Counted from the first letter of the stretch, positions 1-10,514 are shown. The stretch: DNA of 64,000 nucleotides from an uncultured Clostridium sp. (GCA_958422185.1 CATZNW010000002.1:53468-117467), one strand, 5' to 3'. Numbers and translations: made by a program. Notes: generated by a model not told the origin, from the sequence alone.

Positions 1-2180
1 GTACGGTTGACGGAGATCCGCCTGCGGCGTACAGATATACCGAATCCCGCATGAGCAAAATCAGCATGCGCATGCTGCAGGATATTGATAAAGACACTGT
101 TGATTTTGAGCCGAACTATGACGACAGGCTGAAAGAACCCGCTGTTTTGCCAACAAGATTTCCGAATCTTCTTGTAAACGGTTCTTCGGGTATTGCCGTT
201 GGTATGGCAACGAATATCCCGCCTCACAATATGAAAGAGGTTGTTGACGGTGTAAATTATCTTATTGACCATCCGGATTGCGAGCCGCTTGATCTTATGC
301 AGTTTATCAAAGGCCCTGATTTTCCGACCGCGGGTATCATTATGGGAACTAAGGGCATAAAAGAAGCATATGCAACGGGCAGAGGCAAGATCTATATCCG
401 CGCGCGCGCAGAGATCGTTGAAGACAAGAGCGATCATTACAAGATCATAATCACTGAACTCCCCTACCAGGTCCGCAAAGCGGAGCTTATAGCCAAGATT
501 GCGGAGCTGGTCAAGGACAAGCGCCTTGAGGGCATATCCGGTATCAAAGATTTTACGAACAGAAAAGGCATGCATGTTGAGATCTCATTAAAGAGAGACG
601 CAAACGCGCAGGTCGTGCTTAATAATCTTTATAAAATGACGCAGATGCAGGTAACGTTCGGTGTTATCATGCTTGCTCTTGTGGACGGCGTGCCAAAGAT
701 ACTGAATCTTAAGCAAATGCTTCAGAACTATGTCAGATTCAGGCAAGAGGTTATTACACGCCGGGTAAAATTTGATCTTAAAAAGGCAGAAACAAGGGCG
801 CATATCCTTGAAGGTCTAAAAAAAGCGATTGATATTGTAGATGAGATCATAGCCGCCATCAGAGCCTGCAGGGGCGGAAAAGCAGAAGCTAAACTTGCCA
901 TTATGGAAAAGTTTGATTTTGACGATCCGCAGGCAACGGCTATCGTTAATTTCCAGCTGGGTCAGCTGGCGGGGCTTGAAATAGAAAAAATCGTGAACGA
1001 ATTGGACGAGCTTGACAAAAAGATTGCTGATTACAGGGATATCCTTGAACACGAGGAAAGGGTATTCGGTATTATCAAGGAAGAGTCCGCGGAGATCGTT
1101 GAAAAATTCGGTGATGAAAGAAAAACAGAGATCAGCGCCGTTATCGGCTCTGTTGACGACGAGGATCTGATTCCTGTTGAAGACTGTATTCTTACCCTTA
1201 CAAATATGGGCTACATGAAGAGAATGACGGTCGATACTTATAAAGCGCAGAACAGAGGCGGCAGAGGCATTATGGGCATGAGCCGCCGCGAGGAGGACGT
1301 TGCGAAAACGATGTTCAGCTGCTCCTCCCACGATGTTGTATTCCTGTTTACGAATACGGGCAAGGTGTTCCGAAAGAAGGCGTATGAAATCCCCGCGTCC
1401 TCCAGAACCGGCAAAGGCATGAATGTAGTAAACCTTTTGCCGCTCGAAAAGGGAGAGACCGTTTCCGCAATGGTAAAGATACCCCAGGATAAAAACCGCC
1501 GCTACCTCTGCATGGTAACGAAAAAAGGCGTTATCAAGCGCACGGATATTGATGAATACCGCCATATACGCCAGAGCGGTATTATTGCCGTTAATCTTGA
1601 CGAGGGCGATGAGCTTGCCTATGTTGAGATCACGGACGGAACAAGAAAGCTTGTTGTTGCAACGCACAACGGAATGAGTATATGCTTCAATGAAACAGAC
1701 GCGCGTCTTATAGGACGAACGGCAAGAGGCGTGCGCGCGATCACTCTTGAAGACGATGATTATGTAGTAGGTTTTGCCGCTTCGCTGGACGGATATACAC
1801 TGCTGACCGTTTCAGAAACCGGATTCGGCAGAAAGAGTTCGTTTGACGATTACCGGGTTCAGAGCCGCGGCGGCAAAGGTCTTATCAATTACCGCACCGC
1901 CCAGTACGGCAAGGTTGCAATGATCGCTCCCGTTAAAGAAGACGATGACGTTATCATGATAACGAGTGACGGAATCGTTATCCGTACACATGCGGATCAG
2001 ATATCCACATTCCTGCGCCCCAGCAAAGGCGTTAAGGTTATGCGCGTAAACGACGGCGAGAAGATTGCCACGATCTCTGTTGTAGACAGATTTGACGAGG
2101 AAACGGCAGATCCGTCAGAACCGCCAGACGAGCAGAACGACGGTGACGGTCAAAGCTCAGTATCGGAAAAGACCGAATAA
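1..2180 (+). CDS. gyrA: DNA gyrase subunit A, C-terminal ~720 aa (5' end lies outside the window)
   Basis: The reading frame is open from position 3 (..[18 protein letters not shown]..). GyrA motifs are present: [23 protein letters not shown], the tower/coiled-coil region, the beta-pinwheel CTD repeats and an acidic tail. Confidence 0.97.
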   Translation, partial: TVDGDPPAAYRYTESRMSKISMRMLQDIDKDTVDFEPNYDDRLKEPAVLPTRFPNLLVNGSSGIAVGMATNIPPHNMKEVVDGVNYLIDHPDCEPLDLMQFIKGPDFPTAGIIMGTKGIKEAYATGRGKIYIRARAEIVEDKSDHYKIIITELPYQVRKAELIAKIAELVKDKRLEGISGIKDFTNRKGMHVEISLKRDANAQVVLNNLYKMTQMQVTFGVIMLALVDGVPKILNLKQMLQNYVRFRQEVITRRVKFDLKKAETRAHILEGLKKAIDIVDEIIAAIRACRGGKAEAKLAIMEKFDFDDPQATAIVNFQLGQLAGLEIEKIVNELDELDKKIADYRDILEHEERVFGIIKEESAEIVEKFGDERKTEISAVIGSVDDEDLIPVEDCILTLTNMGYMKRMTVDTYKAQNRGGRGIMGMSRREEDVAKTMFSCSSHDVVFLFTNTGKVFRKKAYEIPASSRTGKGMNVVNLLPLEKGETVSAMVKIPQDKNRRYLCMVTKKGVIKRTDIDEYRHIRQSGIIAVNLDEGDELAYVEITDGTRKLVVATHNGMSICFNETDARLIGRTARGVRAITLEDDDYVVGFAASLDGYTLLTVSETGFGRKSSFDDYRVQSRGGKGLINYRTAQYGKVAMIAPVKEDDDVIMITSDGIVIRTHADQISTFLRPSKGVKVMRVNDGEKIATISVVDRFDEETADPSEPPDEQNDGDGQSSVSEKTE

Positions 2181-2200
2181 CAGCAGATAAAAAAACAGAA

Positions 2201-2229
2201 GCGCCGGAAAAACGTTCCGGCGCTTTTTC
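2201..2229 (+). terminator. Rho-independent terminator after gyrA
   Basis: GCGCCGGAA-aaac-TTCCGGCGC followed by TTTTT. A second hairpin (ACGGCGGA-tttt-CCGCCGT plus T-run) lies near 2252-2278. Confidence 0.8.
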
Positions 2230-2387
2230 CGACTTTATCGGCAGTCTGAGACGGCGGATTTTCCGCCGTTTTATTTTACTTTCTTTATTATAACTGGAAG
2301 AAATTTGATTTTATTAAAATTATGCGTAATAATAAAAATACAAAATCTGCTTATTCTATTAATAATGTGTAAAAAAATCATTTTTTG

Positions 2388-2416
2388 TTGAAATCGGGAT
2401 TTAAATGTTATATAAT
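2388..2416 (+). promoter_or_regulatory. SigA-type promoter for the LCP gene
   Basis: TTGAAA, 17 nt spacer, TATAAT. Confidence 0.6.
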
Positions 2417-2474
2417 GTTTTCTGTGTTATATCAAATCGAGGCGCGCAGCGGCGTGTCAAAGGGGTGAGTGCCA

Positions 2475-4166
2475 ATGAGCGATTCTTCTTTTGATGTGGA
2501 CGAGATTCTTAAAGAAGTTAGAAAAAGAAGAGAAGAAAACGAACAGCGTATAAAAGCTCAGGATCCGCCGCATTCAGCAGCAGGCGGAAGAGCTTCCGGT
2601 GCGCAGACGAAAAACGCGGAATATGCAGGGTTCGCAAAAACACCGGATAAGGAAAGTAAGCTAAACGCGGCTCCGGCAAAAAAAGCAGAGCCGGATGCGA
2701 TAAAAAATAAAGTGCAAAACCAGGTGCCGCAGCCGGAAAAGGCACAGAAAAAAACAGAAGAGGACACCACGGATCAGAAAGATACCGTGACAGCAAAGGC
2801 AGAATCCGACCATGCGGATCCTGCCCTGTATCCCGAAACTAAGGTGAAGGCTGAAAACAATAGAGAAAACACGGCGAAAAAAGAGAATATTGACGGTTTT
2901 CAGAATCCGCCAGAAAATGCGCCTACGGTGCATTATGATGTTGATGAAAACGGAAACGTAAATATTATGAATTATGCCGAAGTGCCTCAGAATACGGCTA
3001 AAAAAGGAAAAAAGAAAAAAGCGTCAAAGCTTACAAAAATTTTAAGAGCGGTAATCGCAATTCTTTTAGTTCTTATTATTGCAGGCGGCGCCGGCATATA
3101 TTTATATATAAACAAAAGCCTTAACAATGCCACCAAAACTCCGGAAAAGACCGAGACTATTGACGAATGGTCCGGAATGGATGTTTTAAGGGAAGATTTT
3201 TCGCCGATCTATGAAGACGAGGATGTTTATTCCTACCGCGATATGCTTAAAACATGGTATTATAACGGAACTCCCGCGTCCTCAACGCATGTGCTTAACG
3301 TGCTGCTTATAGGCGAGGACACAAGGGACGAAAATATTACCGATGAGGAAACGAGAGCGGATTCCGCTATCATAGCAAGCGTTAATATCGATACCCAGGC
3401 GATCACGCTTACCTCCGTATTGCGCGATTCCTATTGTTATTATGAGGTTACGGAGGGAGACGAGGAAAGCGGCCGGTTCGGAAAAATCAATGAGGCGATG
3501 TTCTACGGCGGCGTTGACTGTTACATCAGAGCGATCGAAAATAATTTCAAGATAAATATAGACAATTACGTTATCGTTAATTTTGACAGCTTTGAGAGCA
3601 TCGTTGATACCCTGGGCGGAATTACCGTTGAAATGACGCAGGCGGAGATTAATGAGATCAATAATCATCAGTCAAGATACGGCAACGTTACGATAGACGC
3701 TCAGCCCGGGCTTGTTGATCTTAACGGCAAACAGGCGCTTGCATTTTGCAGGATACGCAAGATTGATTCTGACAACGCAAGGGCGGACCGTCAGAAAACC
3801 GTGCTTCTTCAGATATTTGAAAAGATGAGCGGAGCCTCTACGGTTAAATCGCTGGAGGTAGTTAACAATCTGCTGCCCTATGTGAAAATGGGCTTTACAA
3901 AATCTGAAGTGCTTGAAATAGGCTCTTATGCGCTGAGCCACGGCTGGCTTGGTTACACAACGTATACACAGACCGTGCCGGAAAATTCAACCGATGAAAG
4001 CGGAGAAGTAATAACGACCTGCCGCGGCGGCACGTTTTTCGGAGTATGGTGCTGGAAGGTGGATATGCCGCTTACGGCACAGCTTTTACAGCAGAGTATT
4101 TACGGAAAAACCAATATAACCCTCGCGGAGGACAGACCGGATTTTGACGATCTGCCCCTGCAATAA
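2475..4166 (+). CDS. LytR-CpsA-Psr (LCP) family cell-wall glycopolymer ligase with a long K/E/A/P-rich N-terminal extension and one TM helix
   Basis: LCP core: LNVLLIGEDTRD..RADSAIIASVN..LTSVLRDSY..KINEA. A TM segment (AVIAILLVLIIAGGAGIYLYI) is present. The ATG at 2475 follows AAAGGGG; the ORF track starts at the in-frame GTG at 2469. Confidence 0.85.
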   Translation: MSDSSFDVDEILKEVRKRREENEQRIKAQDPPHSAAGGRASGAQTKNAEYAGFAKTPDKESKLNAAPAKKAEPDAIKNKVQNQVPQPEKAQKKTEEDTTDQKDTVTAKAESDHADPALYPETKVKAENNRENTAKKENIDGFQNPPENAPTVHYDVDENGNVNIMNYAEVPQNTAKKGKKKKASKLTKILRAVIAILLVLIIAGGAGIYLYINKSLNNATKTPEKTETIDEWSGMDVLREDFSPIYEDEDVYSYRDMLKTWYYNGTPASSTHVLNVLLIGEDTRDENITDEETRADSAIIASVNIDTQAITLTSVLRDSYCYYEVTEGDEESGRFGKINEAMFYGGVDCYIRAIENNFKINIDNYVIVNFDSFESIVDTLGGITVEMTQAEINEINNHQSRYGNVTIDAQPGLVDLNGKQALAFCRIRKIDSDNARADRQKTVLLQIFEKMSGASTVKSLEVVNNLLPYVKMGFTKSEVLEIGSYALSHGWLGYTTYTQTVPENSTDESGEVITTCRGGTFFGVWCWKVDMPLTAQLLQQSIYGKTNITLAEDRPDFDDLPLQ

Positions 4167-4193
4167 TCATATCGGAAAAGGAGCAGATCAGAG

Positions 4194-4907
4194 ATGCCTG
4201 CAATTACCACGGCTCTGGGATTTACAATAAGACTTCTTATTGCGGTGGGACTCGGAATACTTATTGGCGCCGAGCGGCAGCTGACGAAACACCGCACCGG
4301 CATTGTTACAAATGTAATCGTTTGCGTTGGTTCATTTGCATTCACGGCGTTTTCCTACCTGGCAAATGACGGCAATACGGACGTTACCCGTGTTGCGGCG
4401 CAGATCGTTTCAGGCATAGGTTTTCTGGGCGCCGGCGTTATCATAAGCGACGGCACAAAGATAAAAGGCATCAATACTGCCGCCTCCATATGGTCTTCCG
4501 CTTCAGTAGGTATTCTTTGCTGCCTTGATAAATGGTGGTTTGCGGCGCTTGTTGCAGGCACCATTGTGCTGGCACATCTGCTCATTCACCCGATTGCGGA
4601 ATTTATCACCAAAAAACAGGAGTATAATAAAGAGAGATCGGATAAGCAGGAGACCTTTTACCGCATATCCATAGTGTGTTCGGAGGAAAATGCGGACGAT
4701 ATCAAGAAAAACATTATTGAATATTTCCGTGAGTTGGACGATGTTTTGCTGAGAAATCTTGAGATGAGCGATGTGGACGGCGGTAATGTCAAAGTCAGGG
4801 CGGAAATATCAACAAAGCGCAAAAACAACGAACTGGTTGAGCATATCATAACCCATGTGGGAAAGCATGAAGATATTATTTCAACCGGCTGGAAACATAT
4901 AAATTAA
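4194..4907 (+). CDS. MgtC/SapB family membrane protein
   Basis: GAERQLTKHRTGIVTNVIVCVGSFAF..GIGFLGAGVI motif block plus a soluble C-terminal domain. Confidence 0.85.
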   Translation: MPAITTALGFTIRLLIAVGLGILIGAERQLTKHRTGIVTNVIVCVGSFAFTAFSYLANDGNTDVTRVAAQIVSGIGFLGAGVIISDGTKIKGINTAASIWSSASVGILCCLDKWWFAALVAGTIVLAHLLIHPIAEFITKKQEYNKERSDKQETFYRISIVCSEENADDIKKNIIEYFRELDDVLLRNLEMSDVDGGNVKVRAEISTKRKNNELVEHIITHVGKHEDIISTGWKHIN

Positions 4908-4957
4908 TACATATTAAATCAGAATAGTATAATTAAAGGCAGTTCACCTGAACTGCC

Positions 4958-5137
4958 TTCAGCGTGTAGAAAAAGGCGCAAATTCAGAAAAAAGTGCAGT
5001 CCTACACGCTGAGGAGACTTCGAGAAATCGAGCTGAATTTCGTTTTCTTGCGAGTGGGTGCCGTACAACGGTACTGCCTCCGAGCAAAAAACGGAAAGTG
5101 CAAACGCCGCATGAACACTGGTTTCATGCGGCGTTTA
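4958..5137 (+). repeat. Copy 1 of a three-copy structured intergenic element (5' hairpin domain, conserved core, terminal hairpin)
   Basis: Stem CAGCGTGTAG (4960-4969) pairs with CTACACGCTG (5002-5011). The core CGAGAAATCGAG..GTTTTCTTGCGAG..GCCGTACAA.GGTACTGCC..GCAAAAAAC is shared with 32838-33017 and, in reverse complement, 57053-57178. Terminal hairpin AAACGCCGCATGAA..TTCATGCGGCGTTT spans 5102-5136. Confidence 0.85.
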
Positions 5138-5339
5138 TCTGTTTGTCTTGCCGTATTTAATTTTTAAAGAGTAAAGTTTTTGGTCGTTGCAACAATCCCT
5201 CCGTTGACAAACGCCTCCGCCGCCACAGCTGTCCTTTTGTCGCTGCGCGACATTTCCCCGGCAGGGGAACTCCTTTTCAAAAGGGAGGCTTTTCGTTTCA
5301 AAAGCGCTGCTGCATATGAAATGCGGCGCGGCGGAAAAA

Positions 5340-5969
5340 TCAATCGTTTTCATGCGTTGGTACAGGAGCAGTATCCGCAACTTCAAGTTTGTTTGCCTGC
5401 ATCCAGAGCGAAGGCGTTATGCGAAGCCTGAATCCGTAGCCGGGATCCATCTGCCAGTGCGCCATAGGAGCTTCCGGCAGACCGTAGCATGCCAGGATCG
5501 TCATAAGAACTCCGGCATGGCCTACTATTGCGGAGGTCTCGGTCTGTGTTTTTATAAGCCCATCCACAACCTTTTCAAATGCGGCGCAGACGCGGTGTGT
5601 GAATTCGGCGTTGCTTTCGCCGTACGGCGGACGGGCGTGCATATCTCCGCGGATCCATTTGATAAAATCCTCATTGTTCTCCAGTTCCTTAGCGGTGCGT
5701 TCCTCAAATTCACCAAAACTGTATTCAACAAAGTCATTTATTACAATTGGGTTATTTTTTGGAAACATGATATCAGCTGATTCGGTGCACCTTTTCAGCG
5801 GAGAGGTAAATACGGCCTGAACCTCAGGATAATGGTACTTTGCCTTTATGCTTCTTAAAGAAGATATACTATCCATAGTAAGCGGATAATCCGTACGCCC
5901 AATATACTGTGCGTTTAGATTACCTTTGGTAATACCGTGACGGAAAAGATAAATGGTAAAGGATTTCAT
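5340..5969 (-). CDS. Histidine phosphatase (phosphoglycerate mutase-like) family protein
   Basis: N-terminal LFRHGITKGN (RHG catalytic motif) and a later ..VGHAGV.. motif. The start was moved to the ATG at 5969, 6 nt after GAGGTG. Confidence 0.85.
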   Translation of the reverse strand: MKSFTIYLFRHGITKGNLNAQYIGRTDYPLTMDSISSLRSIKAKYHYPEVQAVFTSPLKRCTESADIMFPKNNPIVINDFVEYSFGEFEERTAKELENNEDFIKWIRGDMHARPPYGESNAEFTHRVCAAFEKVVDGLIKTQTETSAIVGHAGVLMTILACYGLPEAPMAHWQMDPGYGFRLRITPSLWMQANKLEVADTAPVPTHEND

Positions 5970-6166
5970 TTTTAACACCTCTTATTATTGGTATTTGTAA
6001 GAATATTTTGTAGTAAACGAGCGAATTATTACAAAATGTTTACAAATTGATTTTGCTATTTACAAACGCGATTACAAGGGGTATAATTACTGTCGGTATA
6101 ACGCGCGGGATGTTAATTCTATATATACGCGCAAAATTTGTAAAAACAGGAATCAGGGGAAAATTT

Positions 6167-6808
6167 ATGGCGGACAGTAAGAAAACGTTTTCCGGAAAAA
6201 AATCCAAATTTGCCGCAGTTCTTTCTCAGCTTAGAAAAGAACGCGGTTCAAGTCAGAAAAAAGCGGCGGCGGATCTTGGGATAAGCCAGGCGCTTTTAAG
6301 TCATTATGAAAAAGGAATACGCGAATGCGGGCTTGATTTTGTTATCAAATGCAGTGAATATTACGGTGTTACAACGGATTATCTGCTCGGGATCTCAAAA
6401 AGCAGATACGGTCTGGACGAGGATTATCTTGCCCGTATAGCGGGTGATGACGGGGATGATTCCGAACTGGCGACCCTTACCCAGTCTACCAAAATACTGA
6501 TCGATATGGCGGTAGCTTCTTCAACGGACAATTCCTTTGTAAAATATCTTCACGATTATTATATGCTTTGCATATACCGCGGCGCGCTTACGCTTGCAAA
6601 GGCAGGCGCGCTCCCAAGCGATATGTTCAGGCTTGATTATAATCTTGGCCATGAACTTGCAAGCGCGGCCATTGCCGTGCTTGATTCGAGATTTGCTTTT
6701 ATTGAAGACAAATCCAGAACAGGGATAGACTCAATGGACGGAAACGTGCTTCACAAGCTGATTGAGGAAGCTGAAGAATATATAATGAACAGCTTTATCA
6801 CCGAGTAA
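6167..6808 (+). CDS. XRE-family HTH transcriptional regulator with a ~140 aa C-terminal domain
   Basis: HTH: LSQLRKERGSSQKKAAADLGISQALLSHYEKGIRECGLDFVIKCSEYYGVTTDYLLG. The ATG at 6167 follows CAGGGGA. Confidence 0.8.
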   Translation: MADSKKTFSGKKSKFAAVLSQLRKERGSSQKKAAADLGISQALLSHYEKGIRECGLDFVIKCSEYYGVTTDYLLGISKSRYGLDEDYLARIAGDDGDDSELATLTQSTKILIDMAVASSTDNSFVKYLHDYYMLCIYRGALTLAKAGALPSDMFRLDYNLGHELASAAIAVLDSRFAFIEDKSRTGIDSMDGNVLHKLIEEAEEYIMNSFITE

Positions 6809-7508
6809 ATTCAAGCTGCGTTTTTTCCCCTTCAAGATATTTCAGGATGATGGCCGTGGATTTTTCCGCGGCTGTTTTTTTAAATGTAGGATAATCCATG
6901 GCGGCACCGGAATCTCCTCCGTCGCTCACAGATCTTAATACGGCAAAAGGAATGTTGTTTGCAGCCGCGGTCTGCGCCACCGCGCCTCCCTCCATTTCAC
7001 CGCATAGAGCTCCGAATTCAGCGGAGATGCGTGCCTTGAGGTCTTCGCTTGCAATAAAGGTATCCCCGCTTGCAACCGTGCCGCGGTGGATCCTTTCCCC
7101 GGAATTTATGGATATCCTTGCCAGCCTGTCCGATATTTCCCGATCCGTACGGATCTTTATCATATTCAGTCCGTTTATGTAGCCGCGCGGTTCACCGAGA
7201 GCCGTGATATCTATATCATACTGGCATACATCGCTTGCTATAACTATATTTTTTATTGCTACGTCCGCACACAGCGAACAGCCGACTCCTATATTGATGA
7301 TCTTATCGGCGTGAAAACGGTCTATCATGATCTGTGTGCATATTGCCGCGTTCACCTTGCCCGGGTTGCAGCGCGCCGCGCACACCATAACAGAGTTTAT
7401 ATGTCCGCAGACGAACACACATCCGGCGATTTCTTCCGTTACCGGATCTTCAATGCGCCTCTGCACGGCTTCGATCTCTATATCCATTGCGCCTATAATG
7501 CCGATCAT
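6798..7508 (-). CDS. mtnN: 5'-methylthioadenosine/S-adenosylhomocysteine nucleosidase
   Basis: MIGIIGAMDIEI.. N-terminus and GEMEGGAVAQTAAANNIPFAVLRSVSD C-terminal signature. Confidence 0.9.
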   Translation of the reverse strand: MIGIIGAMDIEIEAVQRRIEDPVTEEIAGCVFVCGHINSVMVCAARCNPGKVNAAICTQIMIDRFHADKIINIGVGCSLCADVAIKNIVIASDVCQYDIDITALGEPRGYINGLNMIKIRTDREISDRLARISINSGERIHRGTVASGDTFIASEDLKARISAEFGALCGEMEGGAVAQTAAANNIPFAVLRSVSDGGDSGAAMDYPTFKKTAAEKSTAIILKYLEGEKTQLEFTR

Positions 7509-7642
7509 AGCGTTTGACCACCTTTTTAAACTGGTTTTTGTTTGAACGCGGATCTTCTTGGTGAGACTACCGTTTCAAACCACAAAATATAGTGTTATTA
7601 TAATATATAATTTTAATAATTACAAGATTTATTATTTTTAGG

Positions 7643-7672
7643 TTGACAACGCTGATATTTTTAATATATAAT
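7643..7672 (+). promoter_or_regulatory. SigA-type promoter upstream of rpmH
   Basis: TTGACA (7643-7648), ~18 nt spacer, TATAAT (7667-7672). Confidence 0.6.
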
Positions 7673-7770
7673 ATTGTTCGCTAATGTGCAAAATTGTTTT
7701 TGCCTGCGCTATGCCGCGCAGAGTATATAAGGATTAAGACAAGTTTAGTCTGTGAAAGGTAGTGAATTTA

Positions 7771-7905
7771 ATGAAAAGAACATTTCAGCCTAAGAAGAGG
7801 CACGCCAAGATGGAGCACGGCTTCAGAAAGAGAATGTCCACAAGAAACGGCAGAAAGGTGCTTGCGCGCCGCCGCGCCAAGGGCAGAAAACAGCTTTCTT
7901 ACTGA
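7771..7905 (+). CDS. rpmH: 50S ribosomal protein L34
   Basis: Hand-translated, since it is too short for the ORF track: [44 protein letters not shown]. Confidence 0.97.
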   Translation: MKRTFQPKKRHAKMEHGFRKRMSTRNGRKVLARRRAKGRKQLSY

Positions 7906-7956
7906 TTTCATGCAAATGGCCGTATGGCAAAAGCTGTTTTTTAAGGGAATGGTATA

Positions 7957-8289
7957 GTGAAAATCATAGCCTTAAATCAAAACAAGGATTTCCGCCGCCT
8001 GTATTACAGGGGAAAGAGCAGTGCCTGTAAAAACCTTGTAACCTATGTTATGAAAAACAGGCAGAAAGTAACAAGAGTGGGGATCACAAGCAGCAAAAAG
8101 ATAGGCAAGGCTTATCAGAGAAACAGAGCGCGCCGCGTTATCAGAGCGGCATACGCCGAACTTGCCGGGAGAATAGCCGGAAATTATGATATTGTTTTTG
8201 TTGCCCGCGCCGCCACCTGCAATGTAAAGATGCAGGAGGTAAAAAAAGATATGGAAAAACAGCTGCTTTCGCTTGGAGTTATAAAATGA
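7957..8289 (+). CDS. rnpA: RNase P protein component
   Basis: [36 protein letters not shown]; lies directly after rpmH. Confidence 0.93.
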   Translation: MKIIALNQNKDFRRLYYRGKSSACKNLVTYVMKNRQKVTRVGITSSKKIGKAYQRNRARRVIRAAYAELAGRIAGNYDIVFVARAATCNVKMQEVKKDMEKQLLSLGVIK

Positions 8290-8537
8290 AGGGCTTAATA
8301 AAAAAAGCGCTGATCTTTTTGATTAGAACGTATCAGCTTACGATCAGTCCGCGGTTTTCACACGGTTCGTGCAGGTATTATCCAACCTGTTCGCAGTATG
8401 CGATCGAGGCGATCGAGATCCACGGCCTTTTCAAAGGATCGCTTCTTGCTGCAAGGCGGATATTAAGGTGCAATCCGTTTTTTAAGGGCGGCTATGACCC
8501 CGTTCCCCCAAAAAAGAATAAAAATGAGGAAAAATAA
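8286..8537 (+). CDS. yidD: Membrane protein insertion efficiency factor YidD
   Basis: [46 protein letters not shown]. Confidence 0.93.
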   Translation: MKGLIKKALIFLIRTYQLTISPRFSHGSCRYYPTCSQYAIEAIEIHGLFKGSLLAARRILRCNPFFKGGYDPVPPKKNKNEEK

Positions 8538-9532
8538 TGTTTGATTTTACAGCTAATTCCGTTTTGATGGCGATGCAGGCGGACGGATCAGGTATTTTTA
8601 AACCGCTCTACTGGCTGTTCGGGCGCTGTATGGACTTTTTGCTGTCCGCGCTGAGCAACGAATACTTTATAGCGATCATCCTGTTTACTGTAGCGACCCG
8701 CCTTATCCTGCTGCCGGTGAATCTGCACCAGCAGAAGGCTACTGCCAAAACGGCAAGGCTTCAGCCAAAAATCCAAAAGATCCAAAAGAAATATCCGGAT
8801 CCCAAAGACAGAAACAAGATGAATCAGGAAATGCAGGACCTTTATGCACGCGAGGGGCATAACCCGATGCAGATGGGCTGCGGACCGATGATCTTTCAGC
8901 TTGTATTCCTTATGGGTATCGTGGGGATCATTTATTATCCGCTTTCCTATATCATAGGAATCAGCAATATAGGCGATTACGCCGATCAGCTTACTGCGTT
9001 TCTAGAAAGCGCGGGCTATACGGGAAATTACCTGCAGCTTGGCATTCTTGAAAACTGGGCCGCTTATAAAGATCAGCTTATAGCCCAGATGCCGGAGCTG
9101 TTTACAGCCGAGCGTGTTGCGGATATAGACGCGTTCAGAAGCGGCATGTATCTCGGAGGACTGGATATGACGGCTCTTCCTCACTGGAAGGACGGGCTTA
9201 TCGTTTTGATCCCGATCTTCTCGCTTCTGACATCGCTTGCTTCAACGGGAATTTCCATGCTTATTCAGAAGAAAACAAATCCCGCCGCGGCTCAGCAGAC
9301 CGCCAGTATGGTAGTCATGCTGCTGATGATGCCGTTCTTCTCCTTTTACATTGCGTTTAAGGTGCCGGCAGCGGTAGGTTTTTACTGGATCATCTCAAAC
9401 GTTGTTTCCATTTTGCAGCAGCTGTTTATTGCAAAATTCTTCCCGCCCAGAAAGAGCCAGGCAAAGCTTATGGTAGAAAACACGATCTACCGCCGCTCAA
9501 GGGAAGAAAATTTAAAGAAAACAAAGGCGTAA
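8537..9532 (+). CDS. yidC: YidC/Oxa1/SpoIIIJ-type membrane protein insertase
   Basis: Multi-TM protein with the typical LLPVNLHQQK..MQ..QPK(I/M)..IQKKY..NPM.GC.P..IQ pattern; conserved synteny position. Confidence 0.9.
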   Translation: MFDFTANSVLMAMQADGSGIFKPLYWLFGRCMDFLLSALSNEYFIAIILFTVATRLILLPVNLHQQKATAKTARLQPKIQKIQKKYPDPKDRNKMNQEMQDLYAREGHNPMQMGCGPMIFQLVFLMGIVGIIYYPLSYIIGISNIGDYADQLTAFLESAGYTGNYLQLGILENWAAYKDQLIAQMPELFTAERVADIDAFRSGMYLGGLDMTALPHWKDGLIVLIPIFSLLTSLASTGISMLIQKKTNPAAAQQTASMVVMLLMMPFFSFYIAFKVPAAVGFYWIISNVVSILQQLFIAKFFPPRKSQAKLMVENTIYRRSREENLKKTKA

Positions 9533-9563
9533 AAACGTATTTTATACGTTTGACGGAGGATTT

Positions 9564-10514
9564 ATGAAATACGAGTATATAGGTAAAGGCAAAACCAGGG
9601 AGGACGCCGCCAGAGCTGCCGTTCAGGGCCTGATGGCGGAGCTTGCCAAGGCCGGCGTGAAGAATCCGAATACGGCGGAATTTCACGAAGAGGTCATTGC
9701 CCTTCCGAAAAAGAAACTGTTCGGACTTTTAGGGTCGAGCGACGCGGAGGTAAAGGTTTCCTTCGACGACGGCAGAAAGGAAAGAAGACCCCAGCCGAAA
9801 AAGACTGCTAAACCTCAGCCCAAAAAGGCTGAAAAGGCTCCGAAAAAAGAAGAAGTCAAAGCTGAGCCGAAATCATTTGAGAAGTCACGGGCGCAGGAGC
9901 GCAGGGACGAACCCGTATTAACGGAAAAAGATATTGATATGGACGCCGCCGCTGCCTATCTTAAGGCTATGATCGACGGGCTTAAGGTAGAAAACGCGCA
10001 GATTACCGGCGAAGTCAAGGACGGAGTGCTTGAGCTGACCGTTAACTGTGACGATTACGGAATCATAATCGGCAGGCGCGGCGAAACGCTTGATTCACTT
10101 CAGTACCTTACCGGTCTTGCGGTAAAGAAGGCAAGCGGCAAATACATAAGAGTTGCCATCAACGTGGGCGATTACCGCGAAAAGAGAATGGAAACGCTTA
10201 AAAATCTTGCGCGCAGACATGCGGAATATGTTGCAAGGACAGGCAGAAGATATACTTTTGAGCCTATGAATCCTTATGAGAGGCGCATTATTCACACCAC
10301 TGTTCAGGAGATAGAAGGCGTTGAATCCATGTCTGTAGGAGCCGGGCAGGACAGAAAAGTTGTTCTTCAGCCGGAGGGCGGAGTAAGATACCGCTCAGGC
10401 GGCGGCAGAAGAGGTTATTCAAACGGCAGACCCGCCGCTAAAAAATCAGCTTCTCTGCCTAAGGATTTTACCAAGTTCGGCAAGATCGAAGTGGATACGG
10501 ACGGCAATGAATAA
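9564..10514 (+). CDS. khpB: Jag/KhpB RNA-binding protein (Jag_N, KH, R3H domains)
   Basis: KH region GRRGETLDSLQYL and R3H region YERRIIHTTVQEIEGVES. A lysine/proline-rich linker is present, and synteny with yidC holds. Confidence 0.9.
   Translation: MKYEYIGKGKTREDAARAAVQGLMAELAKAGVKNPNTAEFHEEVIALPKKKLFGLLGSSDAEVKVSFDDGRKERRPQPKKTAKPQPKKAEKAPKKEEVKAEPKSFEKSRAQERRDEPVLTEKDIDMDAAAAYLKAMIDGLKVENAQITGEVKDGVLELTVNCDDYGIIIGRRGETLDSLQYLTGLAVKKASGKYIRVAINVGDYREKRMETLKNLARRHAEYVARTGRRYTFEPMNPYERRIIHTTVQEIEGVESMSVGAGQDRKVVLQPEGGVRYRSGGGRRGYSNGRPAAKKSASLPKDFTKFGKIEVDTDGNE

Noticed and set aside
816-1667. 283-aa minus-strand ORF inside gyrA, and similar long antisense ORFs at 13678-14466 (-), 26324-27421 (-), 41724-42971 (+), 46123-46617 (+), 35318-35953 (+), 18187-18762 (-) and 24022-24576 (+).
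   Set aside because: Each lies entirely antisense to a well-supported conserved gene. They have low-complexity, Arg/Cys-rich translations and no RBS. They are shadow ORFs, typical of mid/high-GC coding regions.
7509-7770. oriC / DnaA-box cluster upstream of rpmH; the AT-rich gaps at 15482-16111 and 60577-61100 were also considered.
   Set aside because: I found no TTATCCACA/TGTGGATAA boxes or close variants by eye in these regions, and no dnaA gene is in the window. The palindromes at 15.6-16.0 kb are parS sites, not DnaA boxes.
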